Positions 1 to 9,411 of a stretch of 37,545 nt of DNA are shown in pieces (the first letter of the stretch is position 1; each line of letters opens with the position of its first letter). The notes under the pieces were generated by a model, which was not told the DNA's origin, did no database searches, and saw nothing but the letters and a program-made list of their open reading frames with translations. A program made the translations under genes and the position numbers. Location: the NCBI GenBank assembly GCA_016929855.1, contig JAFGHY010000043.1, positions 1 through 37,545 on the forward strand. Direction: 5' to 3'. This stretch comes from Candidatus Woesearchaeota archaeon. GTDB taxonomy: Archaea; Nanobdellota; Nanobdellia; Woesearchaeales; JAHJEM01.

Positions 1-1
1 G

Positions 2-394
2 GCGTATAAGGAGGCTTTCAGGAACAATCTTATTGCAATTTCAAGGATTGCTAAGGCGCACGGTATAGCTGTTGTGTTCATGACTCAACCAGGCAATTTC
101 CATGAAGATAAAGTGGCGCTAATGTATGGTTACAAGGATTACAATGATGACATCCTTTATCCGAAGCCTGATGAGTTCAGGAAAATCTTTCAGGAGTACA
201 ATAAGGTGATAATGGAGGTTGCTGAGCAAGAAGGCGCCTATTTTATTGATATGAACTCAAATATAGGTGAGGATGATGACTTGTTTATTGACACAGTCCA
301 TTTCACTCCTGAAGGCATAAAGAAGTTTGCAGAATTTTATGCAAAAGATTTAAAAGTGTTTATTGAAACCGATTTAGCGAACAGGAAGTCATAG
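2..394 (+). CDS. SGNH/GDSL-family hydrolase, C-terminal fragment (5' end outside the window)
   Basis: The frame is open from base 2 (AYKEAFRNN...) to TAG 392-394. It ends with the SGNH block-V signature DTVHFT (DxxH) followed by PEGIKKFAEFYA. The GTG at 74 in the ORF track is only the first in-window start codon. Confidence 0.6.
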   Translation, partial: AYKEAFRNNLIAISRIAKAHGIAVVFMTQPGNFHEDKVALMYGYKDYNDDILYPKPDEFRKIFQEYNKVIMEVAEQEGAYFIDMNSNIGEDDDLFIDTVHFTPEGIKKFAEFYAKDLKVFIETDLANRKS

Positions 395-524
395 TCACAT
401 AGCGAATGCATGAGTTCGCTGAGGCGAGTGTTCGCTAAGTGAAGGCCTGAACAAGAGTTGACTCTTAATGTATTGTGTATGTTAATATATCAAGCAAATA
501 GGGTGGTTGGTTAGGATTCCTGAT

Positions 525-531
525 GAGGAGG
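525..531 (+). promoter_or_regulatory. Shine-Dalgarno-like GAGGAGG for the DUF5989 gene
   Basis: GAGGAGG lies 6 nt upstream of ATG 538. This favours 538 over the ATG at 523 listed in the ORF track. Confidence 0.5.
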
Positions 532-537
532 TTTGTA

Positions 538-711
538 ATGGTGAAAAAACAATCAAAGAACAAGTCCCTGCTGGGAGAGCTTTGGGCTTTTTTGAAGGTC
601 AGGAAAGCCTGGTGGTTGACACCAATAATTGTACTACTTATTATAGTTGGCCTGCTGATTATATTCGGCCAGAGCAGTGCTTTATCACCTTTCATATATG
701 CTCTGTTCTAG
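538..711 (+). CDS. DUF5989-family small membrane protein (57 aa)
   Basis: MVKKQSKNKSLLGELWAFLKVRKAWWLTPIIVLLIIVGLLIIFGQSSALSPFIYALF. It has a basic N-terminus, the K-x-WW-L-x-PII motif, a single TM and a SPFIYxLF end. This matches my memory of the conserved DUF5989 pattern. An SD sits upstream. Confidence 0.7.
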   Translation: MVKKQSKNKSLLGELWAFLKVRKAWWLTPIIVLLIIVGLLIIFGQSSALSPFIYALF

Positions 712-795
712 TCGGCATGACTGGACTTCGCATATTGCATTGCATTTCGTCGGTGAAATGGAGAACTGAAAGGTTAATGTGGATTGTTGTGGAAG

Positions 796-1980
796 ATGGC
801 AAAGAAATCAAAAAGCTCTTTTGTTACTTGGATTAAATCTAAGAAACCAGAGATAATACTCCTGCTGGTAGCGTGTGTATTCGCATTCATTATAGTGGAG
901 ACTATACTTCAGCTGACTATGCCGCCGAATGAGCATGACAAGTTGTTCTGCTATGATGAGTTTCTCGGATGGAAATTCTGCCCTGGCGCTTATGCCAAGG
1001 TAAGTTTCATCTCTGAGTTCTCTCATTCAGTACAGATAAACTCAAAAGGTATGAGGGACAGCGAAGAGATTGACCCTGCGAAAAAGAACATTGTTGTGCT
1101 GGGGGATTCTTTTGTTTCGAATGTCGGTGTTGAGAATCCTAAGGATGTTTTCACAGAGGTCTTGCAGGATGAGTATCTGAATGGAGAGTACAATGTGATT
1201 AATTTAGGGGTCAATGGCTTCGGGACTGCTCAGGAATACCTAATGCTTCAGCAGCGTGGCTACTCATACAATCCTGAGATGGTCATTCTGATATTCTATC
1301 CCCGGAATGATTTCTATGATAATACTGGGCTTTTAGAATGGCTCGAGTCGTACAGGCGTCCTAAATTCATTGTGGAGGATGACAAGCTGGTGCTAACAGG
1401 TGTCCCTGTCCCTCGCAGGGATGTGAATCAGTCATTCAAGTCGAAGGTGTATGGCGTGATAAAGAAGTCTTATGTGGTTAATGTCCTTTTCGCAGCTTTG
1501 AGCAGGATGAGCTCATGGATAGCGACGAGTGATTTTCAGAACAATATTGGAAACCTTCCTCCAGAGATTGTTCTTGCGAATGAGAGCGACCCCGATATTG
1601 CTAATGCTTATGATGTGTCTTGCAGAATCCTTTCCCAGATGAACAGCGAGCTAAAGCTGAGAGGCATTGAGTTTTATGTGTTCGTTCCTCCGAACATTTT
1701 TCAGGTGAGGGATGAGTTCTATGCGATGCTTGAGGACAGAGGTCTTACTGAAGATAAAAGGTTCTATCCTAATCAAAGGATCATAAAGTGCGGGTTGGAG
1801 AACGGCGTTAACATGATTGATATGTCGCCGACTTTCATTGAGGAAGCGAAAAAGTATGAAGGGTCGCATTTCTACTATCCTGTAGACAAGCATTGGACTG
1901 CTGAAGGAAACAAACTGGCGGCAAGGATAATCTATGACGAGCTGTTTAACAAGTCTGCTTTTGCTGTGACCAGTCCATGA
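796..1980 (+). CDS. Membrane-anchored SGNH hydrolase, AlgX/AlgJ-like (glycan O-acyl esterase/transferase candidate)
   Basis: The first ATG in the ORF is at 796. There is an N-terminal TM (IILLLVACVFAFIIVETIL). Block I is VVLGDSF, block II NLGVNGFG, and block V DKHWTAEGNKLAA, the D-x-H-W-T..G pattern typical of the AlgJ/AlgX SGNH-like branch. Confidence 0.65.
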   Translation: MAKKSKSSFVTWIKSKKPEIILLLVACVFAFIIVETILQLTMPPNEHDKLFCYDEFLGWKFCPGAYAKVSFISEFSHSVQINSKGMRDSEEIDPAKKNIVVLGDSFVSNVGVENPKDVFTEVLQDEYLNGEYNVINLGVNGFGTAQEYLMLQQRGYSYNPEMVILIFYPRNDFYDNTGLLEWLESYRRPKFIVEDDKLVLTGVPVPRRDVNQSFKSKVYGVIKKSYVVNVLFAALSRMSSWIATSDFQNNIGNLPPEIVLANESDPDIANAYDVSCRILSQMNSELKLRGIEFYVFVPPNIFQVRDEFYAMLEDRGLTEDKRFYPNQRIIKCGLENGVNMIDMSPTFIEEAKKYEGSHFYYPVDKHWTAEGNKLAARIIYDELFNKSAFAVTSP

Positions 1981-2100
1981 CCATTTACCGGCCAATTACC
2001 TATTCTGAATTAGTCTGCAATTTTTCTGCTATTCTGTTCCACAGAGTTGTGTCATTAATTATTTTCTATTGATATTTTTGTCTAAGGAATTTTAGATGAA

Positions 2101-2109
2101 TTTTTTTTT
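2101..2109 (+). terminator. Oligo-T (T9) run, candidate archaeal terminator for the SGNH operon
   Basis: T9 lies in the convergent spacer 1981-2120, about 120 nt after the stop at 1980. Confidence 0.3.
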
Positions 2110-2120
2110 CTACTGCGTGC

Positions 2121-4097
2121 TTATTGTTTTGTCAGGTAGACATCGACGTATCCCCAGTCGCTGATTTCCGGGAATGTCTTCACCAGTTCGTAATTTTCGT
2201 CGAGCGTCTCATATATGAGGTCCTGCTCTTCTTCAGGCAGGAGGCCGAGAACGTCGTAAGTCCTGTCTTTGCTCATAACCACGACCCCTGCTGTTTGCTG
2301 CATGATGTTCTGCACGTAGAGTTCAGTGTTCATTGCTTTCAGTTCCCTCACTTCATCTGTGGGTAGAGTGGTCAGGTAGGTGAAGTATCCTCTTTCAAGG
2401 CCGGGAACCACTGTTCCGCCGGCTTCAACAATCACAGGGATCTCAAACGCGAGCACATAATCTCCCTCATGTATCTGATGTTTAACGAAATCGCTGAGAT
2501 GGTGGAGGTCATCGAGCGTATTTATGGGCTTGCTGTCCCGTATCTCGAGGTTCATCTGCGGGTATTGTGTTATAGGAGCTATAAGGAGCACGCAGAGCAC
2601 AAGTATTGATGCATAGACCTTGGTTCTGAACGATATGGACTGCATCCAGTAGAACAGAAGTGCCGTTGCACCCACTGTCAGTAGAGGTATGTACTGGAAT
2701 ATGTAATTGTACGCTCCGGGTGTAGGCGTAAGTGTCACAAGCAATAGCACGACAAATGATATTAGGATGTATGTTGCCAAAAGCTTTTCTTGTAAGAAGA
2801 ATCTTGCTCGAGACTTGCTTCTCGCATGGGCCTGCATAAGTTTCCAGGTTGCAAACAGGGCTATCGCATAAACGCTCCAGTTGTGGAGCAGGTAGAGGAT
2901 GAGCACTATTATTTTGTCGAGCAGAATCCCAACAAGAGTGTTCATGCTGATTTTCACGAAAAAGTAATCCACAGTTTCCTGAAGGGGCACTGTGCTTGTT
3001 CTTTCTAGGATCCAGCCGAGCAGGCCGTAGTACGTGCGCTTTGGGCTGAGCACAAAGAAAGGGATGTAGGCTGCCGCCACAAACACTATGCCTGTAAGTA
3101 GTGCGTATAATGTTGTCCGTTGTTTTGGCTTGGTCGTTTTATTGCTGATTTTTTTGATAACAGTATTTTTATTAGTATACTTATTTTTGCTGTTTAAGTT
3201 TTTGTTATTCAGATACAGATATGCAAGCAATACTATTGCAAGCGGTGCAACAAATAGTCTCGTACCTATGGCGAGGCACATGAAGAGCATTGAGAGGACT
3301 GCCTGCAGCCAAGGCCTGATTTTCAATTGCAGGAACAGCACGCTTAACAAAAGCAGTATTGTTGTGATGTGGCCTGCTGTGTCGATTATTGTGAACTGTG
3401 ACATTACAGAGATTTGGAATGTCAATGCTGCTGTCACGAGCAGGCCTCCCCATTTGTTGGTGAGCCTTCTTGTGACTTCAAACGCAAGCCCGAGGAGGAC
3501 GAATTTGAGAACTAGTGAGATTGCCCTTTCAACGCCCAGGTTGTATCCAAAGGGCATCATGAGGAGGCTTTGAATGTACCCGAACACGTGCCCCTTGTAG
3601 TATATGAAATCCACGTAAGGCAATTTGCCTTGGCTGATAAGCTTTGCGTTGTTTATGTGGAATCCTTCGTCCTGGCCTCCTATTCGCTGGTGCTGCATAA
3701 GGTACACTCCAGCTATCAGGTTAAGCACTACAATAAGTCCGAGTGCGATACCGAAGAGCACTTTGGAATCGATTTTTTTCTGCCGCTTGCCCATCCAAGC
3801 TATGATACTTCTCTTCTTGAGCATGATAAGATATCCTAACGCCGAGGCTATTCCTGCGATTGCCAATTTTAATGGAAGTATTTTAATCTCAAAAAGTTTT
3901 CTTTGGAACATGCTGTTTGTCAGGTCAGAATTGTCTATGACATACTTGTCCAGGATTGGTTTGTAGAACATGACTGCGACGGCTGCTATTATCATCAAGA
4001 CTGCCAGAATCCAGAATATTATTTTCAGAGCGGTTTCTCCTTTTCCCATGCTTTCGCTGCTGTCAGGGATTTTCATGCAATTGGAGATTTCTGGCAT
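2121..4097 (-). CDS. GT-C fold membrane glycosyltransferase (ArnT/PMT_2, GT39/83-like)
   Basis: 658 aa with more than 10 predicted TM segments. The first extracytoplasmic loop carries GGQDEGFHINNAKLISQGKLPYVDF, the DE..(A)..G.LPY pattern of polyprenyl-phosphate-sugar dependent GT-C enzymes. It has a soluble C-terminal domain of about 130 aa. The start could instead be ATG 4076 (MKIPDSS), because of the TATA at 4098-4108. Confidence 0.6.
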   Translation of the reverse strand: MPEISNCMKIPDSSESMGKGETALKIIFWILAVLMIIAAVAVMFYKPILDKYVIDNSDLTNSMFQRKLFEIKILPLKLAIAGIASALGYLIMLKKRSIIAWMGKRQKKIDSKVLFGIALGLIVVLNLIAGVYLMQHQRIGGQDEGFHINNAKLISQGKLPYVDFIYYKGHVFGYIQSLLMMPFGYNLGVERAISLVLKFVLLGLAFEVTRRLTNKWGGLLVTAALTFQISVMSQFTIIDTAGHITTILLLLSVLFLQLKIRPWLQAVLSMLFMCLAIGTRLFVAPLAIVLLAYLYLNNKNLNSKNKYTNKNTVIKKISNKTTKPKQRTTLYALLTGIVFVAAAYIPFFVLSPKRTYYGLLGWILERTSTVPLQETVDYFFVKISMNTLVGILLDKIIVLILYLLHNWSVYAIALFATWKLMQAHARSKSRARFFLQEKLLATYILISFVVLLLVTLTPTPGAYNYIFQYIPLLTVGATALLFYWMQSISFRTKVYASILVLCVLLIAPITQYPQMNLEIRDSKPINTLDDLHHLSDFVKHQIHEGDYVLAFEIPVIVEAGGTVVPGLERGYFTYLTTLPTDEVRELKAMNTELYVQNIMQQTAGVVVMSKDRTYDVLGLLPEEEQDLIYETLDENYELVKTFPEISDWGYVDVYLTKQ

Positions 4098-4108
4098 ATT
4101 TATAAAAG
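4098..4108. promoter_or_regulatory. TATA-like element ATTTATAAAAG in a 66-bp divergent spacer
   Basis: It is centred about 27 nt from ATG 4076 on the minus strand. A second A/T box (CTTAATAAAC, 4124-4133) could serve ATG 4164 or 4097. The assignment is ambiguous. Confidence 0.35.
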
Positions 4109-4163
4109 CTTTTTTTGCAAAAACTTAATAAACATCTCTAAATACGCTTTTCCTGTGAAATCG

Positions 4164-5120
4164 ATGAACTCTGCCAAGCTATCTGTTATTGTCCCTGCCT
4201 TCAATGAGAAGAGGAACATTGTCCCTCTTTACAATGCTGTGAAGAAAGTTCTTTCTAAGATGGGGGTTGATTACGAGATTATATTCATTGATGATGGCAG
4301 TACTGACAACACTTTTGACGAGGTTAAAAGAATCATTAAGGCAGACACTAGGGTCAAGGGCATCAGTTTCACTCGGAACTTTGGCAAGGCAGCCGCACTC
4401 GACGCGGGTTTCAAGAAGTCAACAGGCAGTCTTATAGTCACAATGGATTCTGACCTGCAGGACAATCCTGAGGAGCTTCCAAAGTTCCTTTCAATGATTA
4501 ACAAAGGATATGATATGGTCGTTGGCTGGAAGTATGTTCGGCGGGACAGTTTCGCTAAGGTCATAGCGAGCAGGATGTTCAACAGCTTGATTAGGGTGAG
4601 CACCGGGCTGAAATTGCACGACAATGACAGTGGTTACAAAATGTTCAGGCGTGAGGTGATAAGCAGCCTGACTTTGTACAGTGGTTTGTACCGTTACATA
4701 CCTGTTTTTGCTCACAGGGCAGGCTACAAGGTATGTGAAGTCAAGGTCAAGCACATGCAGAGGAAGTTCGGGAAGAGCAAGTACGGCGCCAGCCGTCTAT
4801 TCAAGGGATTCTTTGACCTCATCACAATCAACTTCCTGAGCAAGTTCACTACCCGTCCACTTCATTTTTTTGGTAGCCTTGGTGGTTTTTTCATGTTTTT
4901 TGGCTTTCTCGGCGGATTGTACCTGTCATACTTGAGGTTCTTCTATGATGCAGTGATAGGAAATAGGCCTTTGCTCCTACTGAGCATTCTGCTGATTGTG
5001 ATAGGCCTGCAGATTTTTAGTGTAGGGCTGGTTGGGGAGATGATTAGCTTTCTGAACAAGAAGCAGAATCCTGAAAAGCCTTCTGATGACTATAACATCA
5101 GGGAGGTTGCTGGCGGGTAA
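4164..5120 (+). CDS. GT2 polyprenyl(dolichyl)-phosphate glycosyltransferase, GtrB/ArnC/DPM1-type, two C-terminal TMs
   Basis: Starts at MNSAKLSVIVPAFNE, so the ORF-track N-terminal extension from 3903 is discarded. Motifs: IFIDDGSTDNT, FTRNFGKAAALDAGF, VTMDSDLQDNPEE, VVGWKYVRRDS and GYKMFRRE. Two TMs follow at the C-terminus (HFFGSLGGFFMFFGFLGG and LLLLSILLIVIGLQIFSVGLVGE). Confidence 0.85.
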   Translation: MNSAKLSVIVPAFNEKRNIVPLYNAVKKVLSKMGVDYEIIFIDDGSTDNTFDEVKRIIKADTRVKGISFTRNFGKAAALDAGFKKSTGSLIVTMDSDLQDNPEELPKFLSMINKGYDMVVGWKYVRRDSFAKVIASRMFNSLIRVSTGLKLHDNDSGYKMFRREVISSLTLYSGLYRYIPVFAHRAGYKVCEVKVKHMQRKFGKSKYGASRLFKGFFDLITINFLSKFTTRPLHFFGSLGGFFMFFGFLGGLYLSYLRFFYDAVIGNRPLLLLSILLIVIGLQIFSVGLVGEMISFLNKKQNPEKPSDDYNIREVAGG

Positions 5121-5340
5121 AGGCTGTTAATTGCTGATTCACAATCCTATTTTCCGTCGGTTTTTTGGAGGTGTATCATATCAAAACTTTTAAATAAGGG
5201 GTTGCAACCCAGATTTCATATATAATTTTATATAATTTTGTTTATTATTTGTTTTATAATGGCTAAAAAGAGTCCGTAAGTACGGAGTTCATAAGTCAAG
5301 GGTTTGGTTTCCAGAGTGATTCCAGGAAAATTTATGGGTG

Positions 5341-8300
5341 ATGGTGGTTTGTATGGGGAAAAAGAAGAAATCTAGAAGAAAGTCAAATCGAATATTGCCA
5401 GCAAATAAGTCTTCTGATGATGGCTCGTCAGACATTGATGATTTCGCCCTGACGGTTGATAGGAAGCCAGAAGTGGAGGAGCGGGCATTATTGAAAAAAC
5501 GCAAAACAAGCTCAGGCTCTGCAAGTCAGGGTTCAGAGACCAGCCAGAGTTCAGAGACCAGTGTGTCTTCATCAGGAGTTTCATCAAGTTCATCGAGAGC
5601 TTCATCAAGCACATCATCAGCCACTGACATAATCACTTCCAAGGTGATGCCTATTGTCAGGCACAAGTATTTTCTGGTTGCAGTACTGCTTCTTATAAGT
5701 ATCTTCATCAGCATTTTCATGAGGTCATACTCTGGTCACATTCCTGCATCAGAGGACTGGGCCAGGTCGACTGTCTACAATTTTCACAGGGAGCAGATAT
5801 TTGCTGACAAGCAGGCAGAATATCCGAGCCTGGGAGCTGACAAGATAAACCAGCTTGTTGATCAGGAATGGCAGGCATTCTATGAAGCAAACAAGGACGC
5901 GATTGAGCAGAATGTGAAGCTTGTGCAGGATAATGTGAAGGAGAATTTTCAGATTGACCAGAACGGAGACGCCCAGACATATCTTCTGGCAATCGACCCT
6001 TACTTCTACTACAGGAGAATGTTAAACATTATTGAGACAGGGCATTCTTATGATGAAGCGAGGGAGGATGGATTGTATGATAATCACATGCAGGCACCTG
6101 TTGGGGTGCAGATGCGCTCCGACTTCCATTCGCAGTTCAGCGCTTTCATGTATAAGTTCCTTCATTTTTTTGACAGGAACCTTACGCCTTTGCAGGTTTT
6201 CTTCATGATTCCTATTATCATTGGCACGCTGGCGGTCATTCCCGCATTCTTTATCGTACGCAAGAAAGCAGGTAATTTCGGTGGTTTTGTTGCGAGCATA
6301 ATTGTGGGGATGCATCCTGCTTTTATCGGCAGGACTGCTGGCGGTTTCGCAGATACCGACGCGTACAATGTCCTATTGCCCCTTCTAATAGCATGGCTTT
6401 TCCTTGAGGCTTTCGAGGCCAAGAAGCCTTTATACAAAGCAATATTTGCCGGAGTTTCAGGAATCCTTGTCGGAGTATTTTCGTACACGTGGACTGGATG
6501 GTGGTATATTTTCTTCTTCATAATTGCAGTTCTTGCAACGTATATTATTTATCAGCTGATCATATACTTTTATGGCAGGGTGAAGCTGAGCAAGGTTTCG
6601 AAGGAGAACCTTAAGAATGTTGCACGGTCGTCTTATGTACTTGGAATATTTGCTGCACTGTCAGTGATTAGTGTGCTTATATTCAGCAATGCAGGTGTTC
6701 TCATCTCTTCTCTGACATCCCCTTTCAAGTTCACAGCGATAAAGGATGCTGCTATATCAGACCTGTGGCCGAATGTTTTCACGACGGTAGCGGAGCTGAA
6801 TCCTGCTTCGTTGTCTTCTGTTATCGGGAACATCGGGGGAAGCATGCTGTTCGTGTTCGCCCTGCTTGCCCTTGTATTCACGCTGCTGCCGAAAAACAGC
6901 CTAACAAATCTGACTGGCAAGGAAGGCCAGAAAATGTATTATTCCTGGGCGTACTTTGTTGGCTCAATAATATATTATCTGCTTATTCATAGGGCCGGTG
7001 CTCTTGTCTGGTTTAACAATCATTTGGTGCTTTATCTCATTGCGTTGCTGCTTCCGATAGGTGTTGGGATGTTGGTGCTTCTGCTGAGAGAGGATGTGAG
7101 GAAGGAGGTGGACATCAAGTATGCGATGTTTCTCATCCTGTGGCTTGCCGGCACGATATATGCTTCCACAAAAGGCATACGTTTCGTGCTTCTCCTGGTG
7201 CCTGCTTATGGCATTGCTGTGGGCCTGTTTGTGGGTCTTGTGAAAGAGAAGGTTTCCATTCTTTTCAAGAATGAGTTCAAGATACCTGTTATTGTGACTG
7301 CATCGGTGATAGTCATCGGTGTGCTTTTGTTCCTGGGAATTTTTCCTAAACCTTCTTTCGGCTACACGAGTTCGTGTCCTTTCATGCCAGAAAAGAATTT
7401 TGCTACAGGACAGCCTAGCTTCATGTGCTCGTCGCACGTGCAGGCAAAGACTGAGGTGCCCAGCATGACTGATGGCTGGTGGGATGCCTTGACAAAGATT
7501 AAGGAGAACAGCAGGGAAGACGCAATCATCAACAGCTGGTGGGATTTTGGCCACTGGTTCAAGGCAATTGCTGACAGGCCTGTGACGTTTGACGGGGCCA
7601 GCCAGAATACGCCTATGGCGCATTGGATCGGGCGTGCTTTGCTCACGGATAATGAGGCCGAGGCTATGGGCATATTGCGTATGCTGGACTGCGGAAGCTA
7701 TACTGGCGAGGAAAAGCTGAAGGAGTACACTGGTGGTGACAGCCTGACTTCCATCAAGCGCATGAAGGAGATTATATTGCTTGACAAGGATGATGCACGA
7801 GCTGCACTTAAGGATTATGGTTACTCTGATTCTGAAGTTTCTGATGTTCTGGAACTTACCCACTGTAGTCCGCCTGAGGACTTTTTCATCACTTCAGGTG
7901 ACATGGTAGGCAAGGCAGGAGTGTGGGGTCACTTTGGAGGCTGGGATTTTGATAAGGCTTTTATCTACACTACTGTGAAGAACAACAAGATGGACAAAGC
8001 AGTGAAGATTATTCAGGACAAGCTGGGAATGACTGAGCAGGAGGCCAGAAACGCTTACGTCGAGCTGACTTCCCTGACGAATGAACGCGACAAGAACTCA
8101 TGGATTAGTTCATGGCCGAATTATGTTAATATCGTTGCTTGCAGCAAAGGCTCTGACACTGACACGGGCGAAGAAATCTTTAATTGCGCGTTTAACATGA
8201 ACATTGGATCCCAGAACAACAATGTTGTTATCTTCGAAAGCGCAACGTTCTATCCAAATAATGTTTCAAAGACTTACCTGACTTTCATGGTCGTGAATCC

Positions 8301-9255
8301 TGCTACAGGGGCGAGATCGGAGTCCACACGCGGGGTTCCTGAAAAGGCAGGAATCACTGCAGAGGACGGCATTGAAGTCCATACATTTGTCGAGGAGGAG
8401 GATTCTGGTCCAGTTAGCAAGCTGAATTTCGCTTTCCTACTCGACACTGTTGACAGCAAGGCCCTGATGATAGACCCTGTGTTCATGGAATCGATGTTCA
8501 CAAAGCTCTTTTACTTGAACGGTAGGTACACCACTTATTTTGAGAAGTTCGATGACAGGACAACGACCAACAACTTGAGGATAATTACCTGGAAAGTGTC
8601 CTGGGATGGAGGCATTGACAATTCTCCTGAAATAGTTGAAGATGATCTTGTTGAGCAATCAGAAGATGGAGCCGGCCAAGAAGTTGATGAAACGAGCACA
8701 TCTGAATCTGCTGATGAGACAGAAGAAGAGCTCGGAGAGCAGACTGAAGATACAGAAGAAGGACAAAATGAGAATGAAGGAGGTGTAGAAGTGTCAGAAG
8801 GAGAAAGTGCTCTTGCTCCTGCGAAGAGAAAGGCAGTGATCACAACATCAAAGGGAGTTATTGAGTTTGAACTGTATGAGAATGAAGCGCCCATTACTAC
8901 TGCAAATTTCATCAAGTTGGCAGAGCAGGGGTTTTATGATGGATTGAGTTTCCACAGGGTAGAGCCTGGTTTTGTCATCCAGGGAGGAGACCCTAAGGGT
9001 GACGGTACTGGAGGGAGTCCGGACAAGATTCCGCTCGAAATCAGTCCATTGTTGAGGCATTGGGACGGAGCGGTGTCGATGGCGAGGGCATCAGACCCTA
9101 ACAGTGCGAGCTCGCAGTTTTTCATCACGCTTGGGGCCCAGCATTTCCTTGACGACAACTATGCTGTTTTCGGCAGGGTTATTGCAGGCAAGGACGTGCC
9201 TTCCAAGATCCAGGTTGGCGACGTGATGGAGAAAGTCGAGATAGTGGATATCTGA
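5341..9255 (+). CDS. aglB: AglB/STT3 oligosaccharyltransferase fused to a C-terminal cyclophilin-type peptidyl-prolyl isomerase
   Basis: One uninterrupted frame. It has a Ser-rich N-tail, then a multi-TM core with [25 protein letters not shown] (TIxE-type) and WWDFGHW (WWDxG, nt 7537-7551). An E/D/S/T-rich linker (about 8620-8832) precedes the cyclophilin domain (8833-9252). The start may be ATG 5341 or 5353. Confidence 0.85.
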   Translation: MVVCMGKKKKSRRKSNRILPANKSSDDGSSDIDDFALTVDRKPEVEERALLKKRKTSSGSASQGSETSQSSETSVSSSGVSSSSSRASSSTSSATDIITSKVMPIVRHKYFLVAVLLLISIFISIFMRSYSGHIPASEDWARSTVYNFHREQIFADKQAEYPSLGADKINQLVDQEWQAFYEANKDAIEQNVKLVQDNVKENFQIDQNGDAQTYLLAIDPYFYYRRMLNIIETGHSYDEAREDGLYDNHMQAPVGVQMRSDFHSQFSAFMYKFLHFFDRNLTPLQVFFMIPIIIGTLAVIPAFFIVRKKAGNFGGFVASIIVGMHPAFIGRTAGGFADTDAYNVLLPLLIAWLFLEAFEAKKPLYKAIFAGVSGILVGVFSYTWTGWWYIFFFIIAVLATYIIYQLIIYFYGRVKLSKVSKENLKNVARSSYVLGIFAALSVISVLIFSNAGVLISSLTSPFKFTAIKDAAISDLWPNVFTTVAELNPASLSSVIGNIGGSMLFVFALLALVFTLLPKNSLTNLTGKEGQKMYYSWAYFVGSIIYYLLIHRAGALVWFNNHLVLYLIALLLPIGVGMLVLLLREDVRKEVDIKYAMFLILWLAGTIYASTKGIRFVLLLVPAYGIAVGLFVGLVKEKVSILFKNEFKIPVIVTASVIVIGVLLFLGIFPKPSFGYTSSCPFMPEKNFATGQPSFMCSSHVQAKTEVPSMTDGWWDALTKIKENSREDAIINSWWDFGHWFKAIADRPVTFDGASQNTPMAHWIGRALLTDNEAEAMGILRMLDCGSYTGEEKLKEYTGGDSLTSIKRMKEIILLDKDDARAALKDYGYSDSEVSDVLELTHCSPPEDFFITSGDMVGKAGVWGHFGGWDFDKAFIYTTVKNNKMDKAVKIIQDKLGMTEQEARNAYVELTSLTNERDKNSWISSWPNYVNIVACSKGSDTDTGEEIFNCAFNMNIGSQNNNVVIFESATFYPNNVSKTYLTFMVVNPATGARSESTRGVPEKAGITAEDGIEVHTFVEEEDSGPVSKLNFAFLLDTVDSKALMIDPVFMESMFTKLFYLNGRYTTYFEKFDDRTTTNNLRIITWKVSWDGGIDNSPEIVEDDLVEQSEDGAGQEVDETSTSESADETEEELGEQTEDTEEGQNENEGGVEVSEGESALAPAKRKAVITTSKGVIEFELYENEAPITTANFIKLAEQGFYDGLSFHRVEPGFVIQGGDPKGDGTGGSPDKIPLEISPLLRHWDGAVSMARASDPNSASSQFFITLGAQHFLDDNYAVFGRVIAGKDVPSKIQVGDVMEKVEIVDI
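8833..9252 (+). other. Cyclophilin (PPIase) domain of the AglB fusion protein
   Basis: [61 protein letters not shown]...[21 protein letters not shown]...[12 protein letters not shown]. These are canonical cyclophilin signatures (FHRV.PGF.IQGGDP, SMA....NS..SQFFI). Confidence 0.9.
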
Positions 9256-9290
9256 GTCTGCGCAAGAGTTGATTGATAAACATTTATTGG

Positions 9291-9298
9291 TTTTTTTT
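9291..9298 (+). terminator. Oligo-T (T8) terminator candidate after aglB
   Basis: T8 run 36 nt downstream of the TGA at 9253-9255. Confidence 0.45.
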
Positions 9299-9377
9299 AC
9301 TGTTGACTGAGGTTGTTTGAGGTTAGTTTATAATTGCAAAAAACATATAAAATCATATGAAACCTTAGGTTTCAAAG

Positions 9378-9389
9378 AAATTATATTGG
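9378..9389 (+). promoter_or_regulatory. TATA box (AAATTATATTGG) for the second GtrB-like GT2 gene
   Basis: Centre is about 28 nt upstream of ATG 9412, giving leaderless geometry. It is flanked by palindromes at 9358-9374 and 9394-9403. Confidence 0.4.
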
Positions 9390-9411
9390 TTGAATGAATT
9401 CATGATTTAAA

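Noticed and set aside
3903-4163. 87-codon N-terminal extension of the GT2 gene, overlapping the start of the divergent GT-C gene
   Set aside because: GT2 homology starts right at MNSAKLSVIVPAFNE (ATG 4164). The extension is Cys/His/Phe-rich, overlaps the neighbouring gene and spans the promoter spacer.
6964-7863. 299-aa ORF on the minus strand inside aglB. Similar antisense ORFs occur at 6162-6521, 7362-7673 and 8535-8915.
   Set aside because: These ORFs lie entirely antisense to a gene with strong family motifs. Their products are low-complexity and Arg/His/Ser-rich with no motifs. They are typical shadow ORFs of a biased-composition gene.
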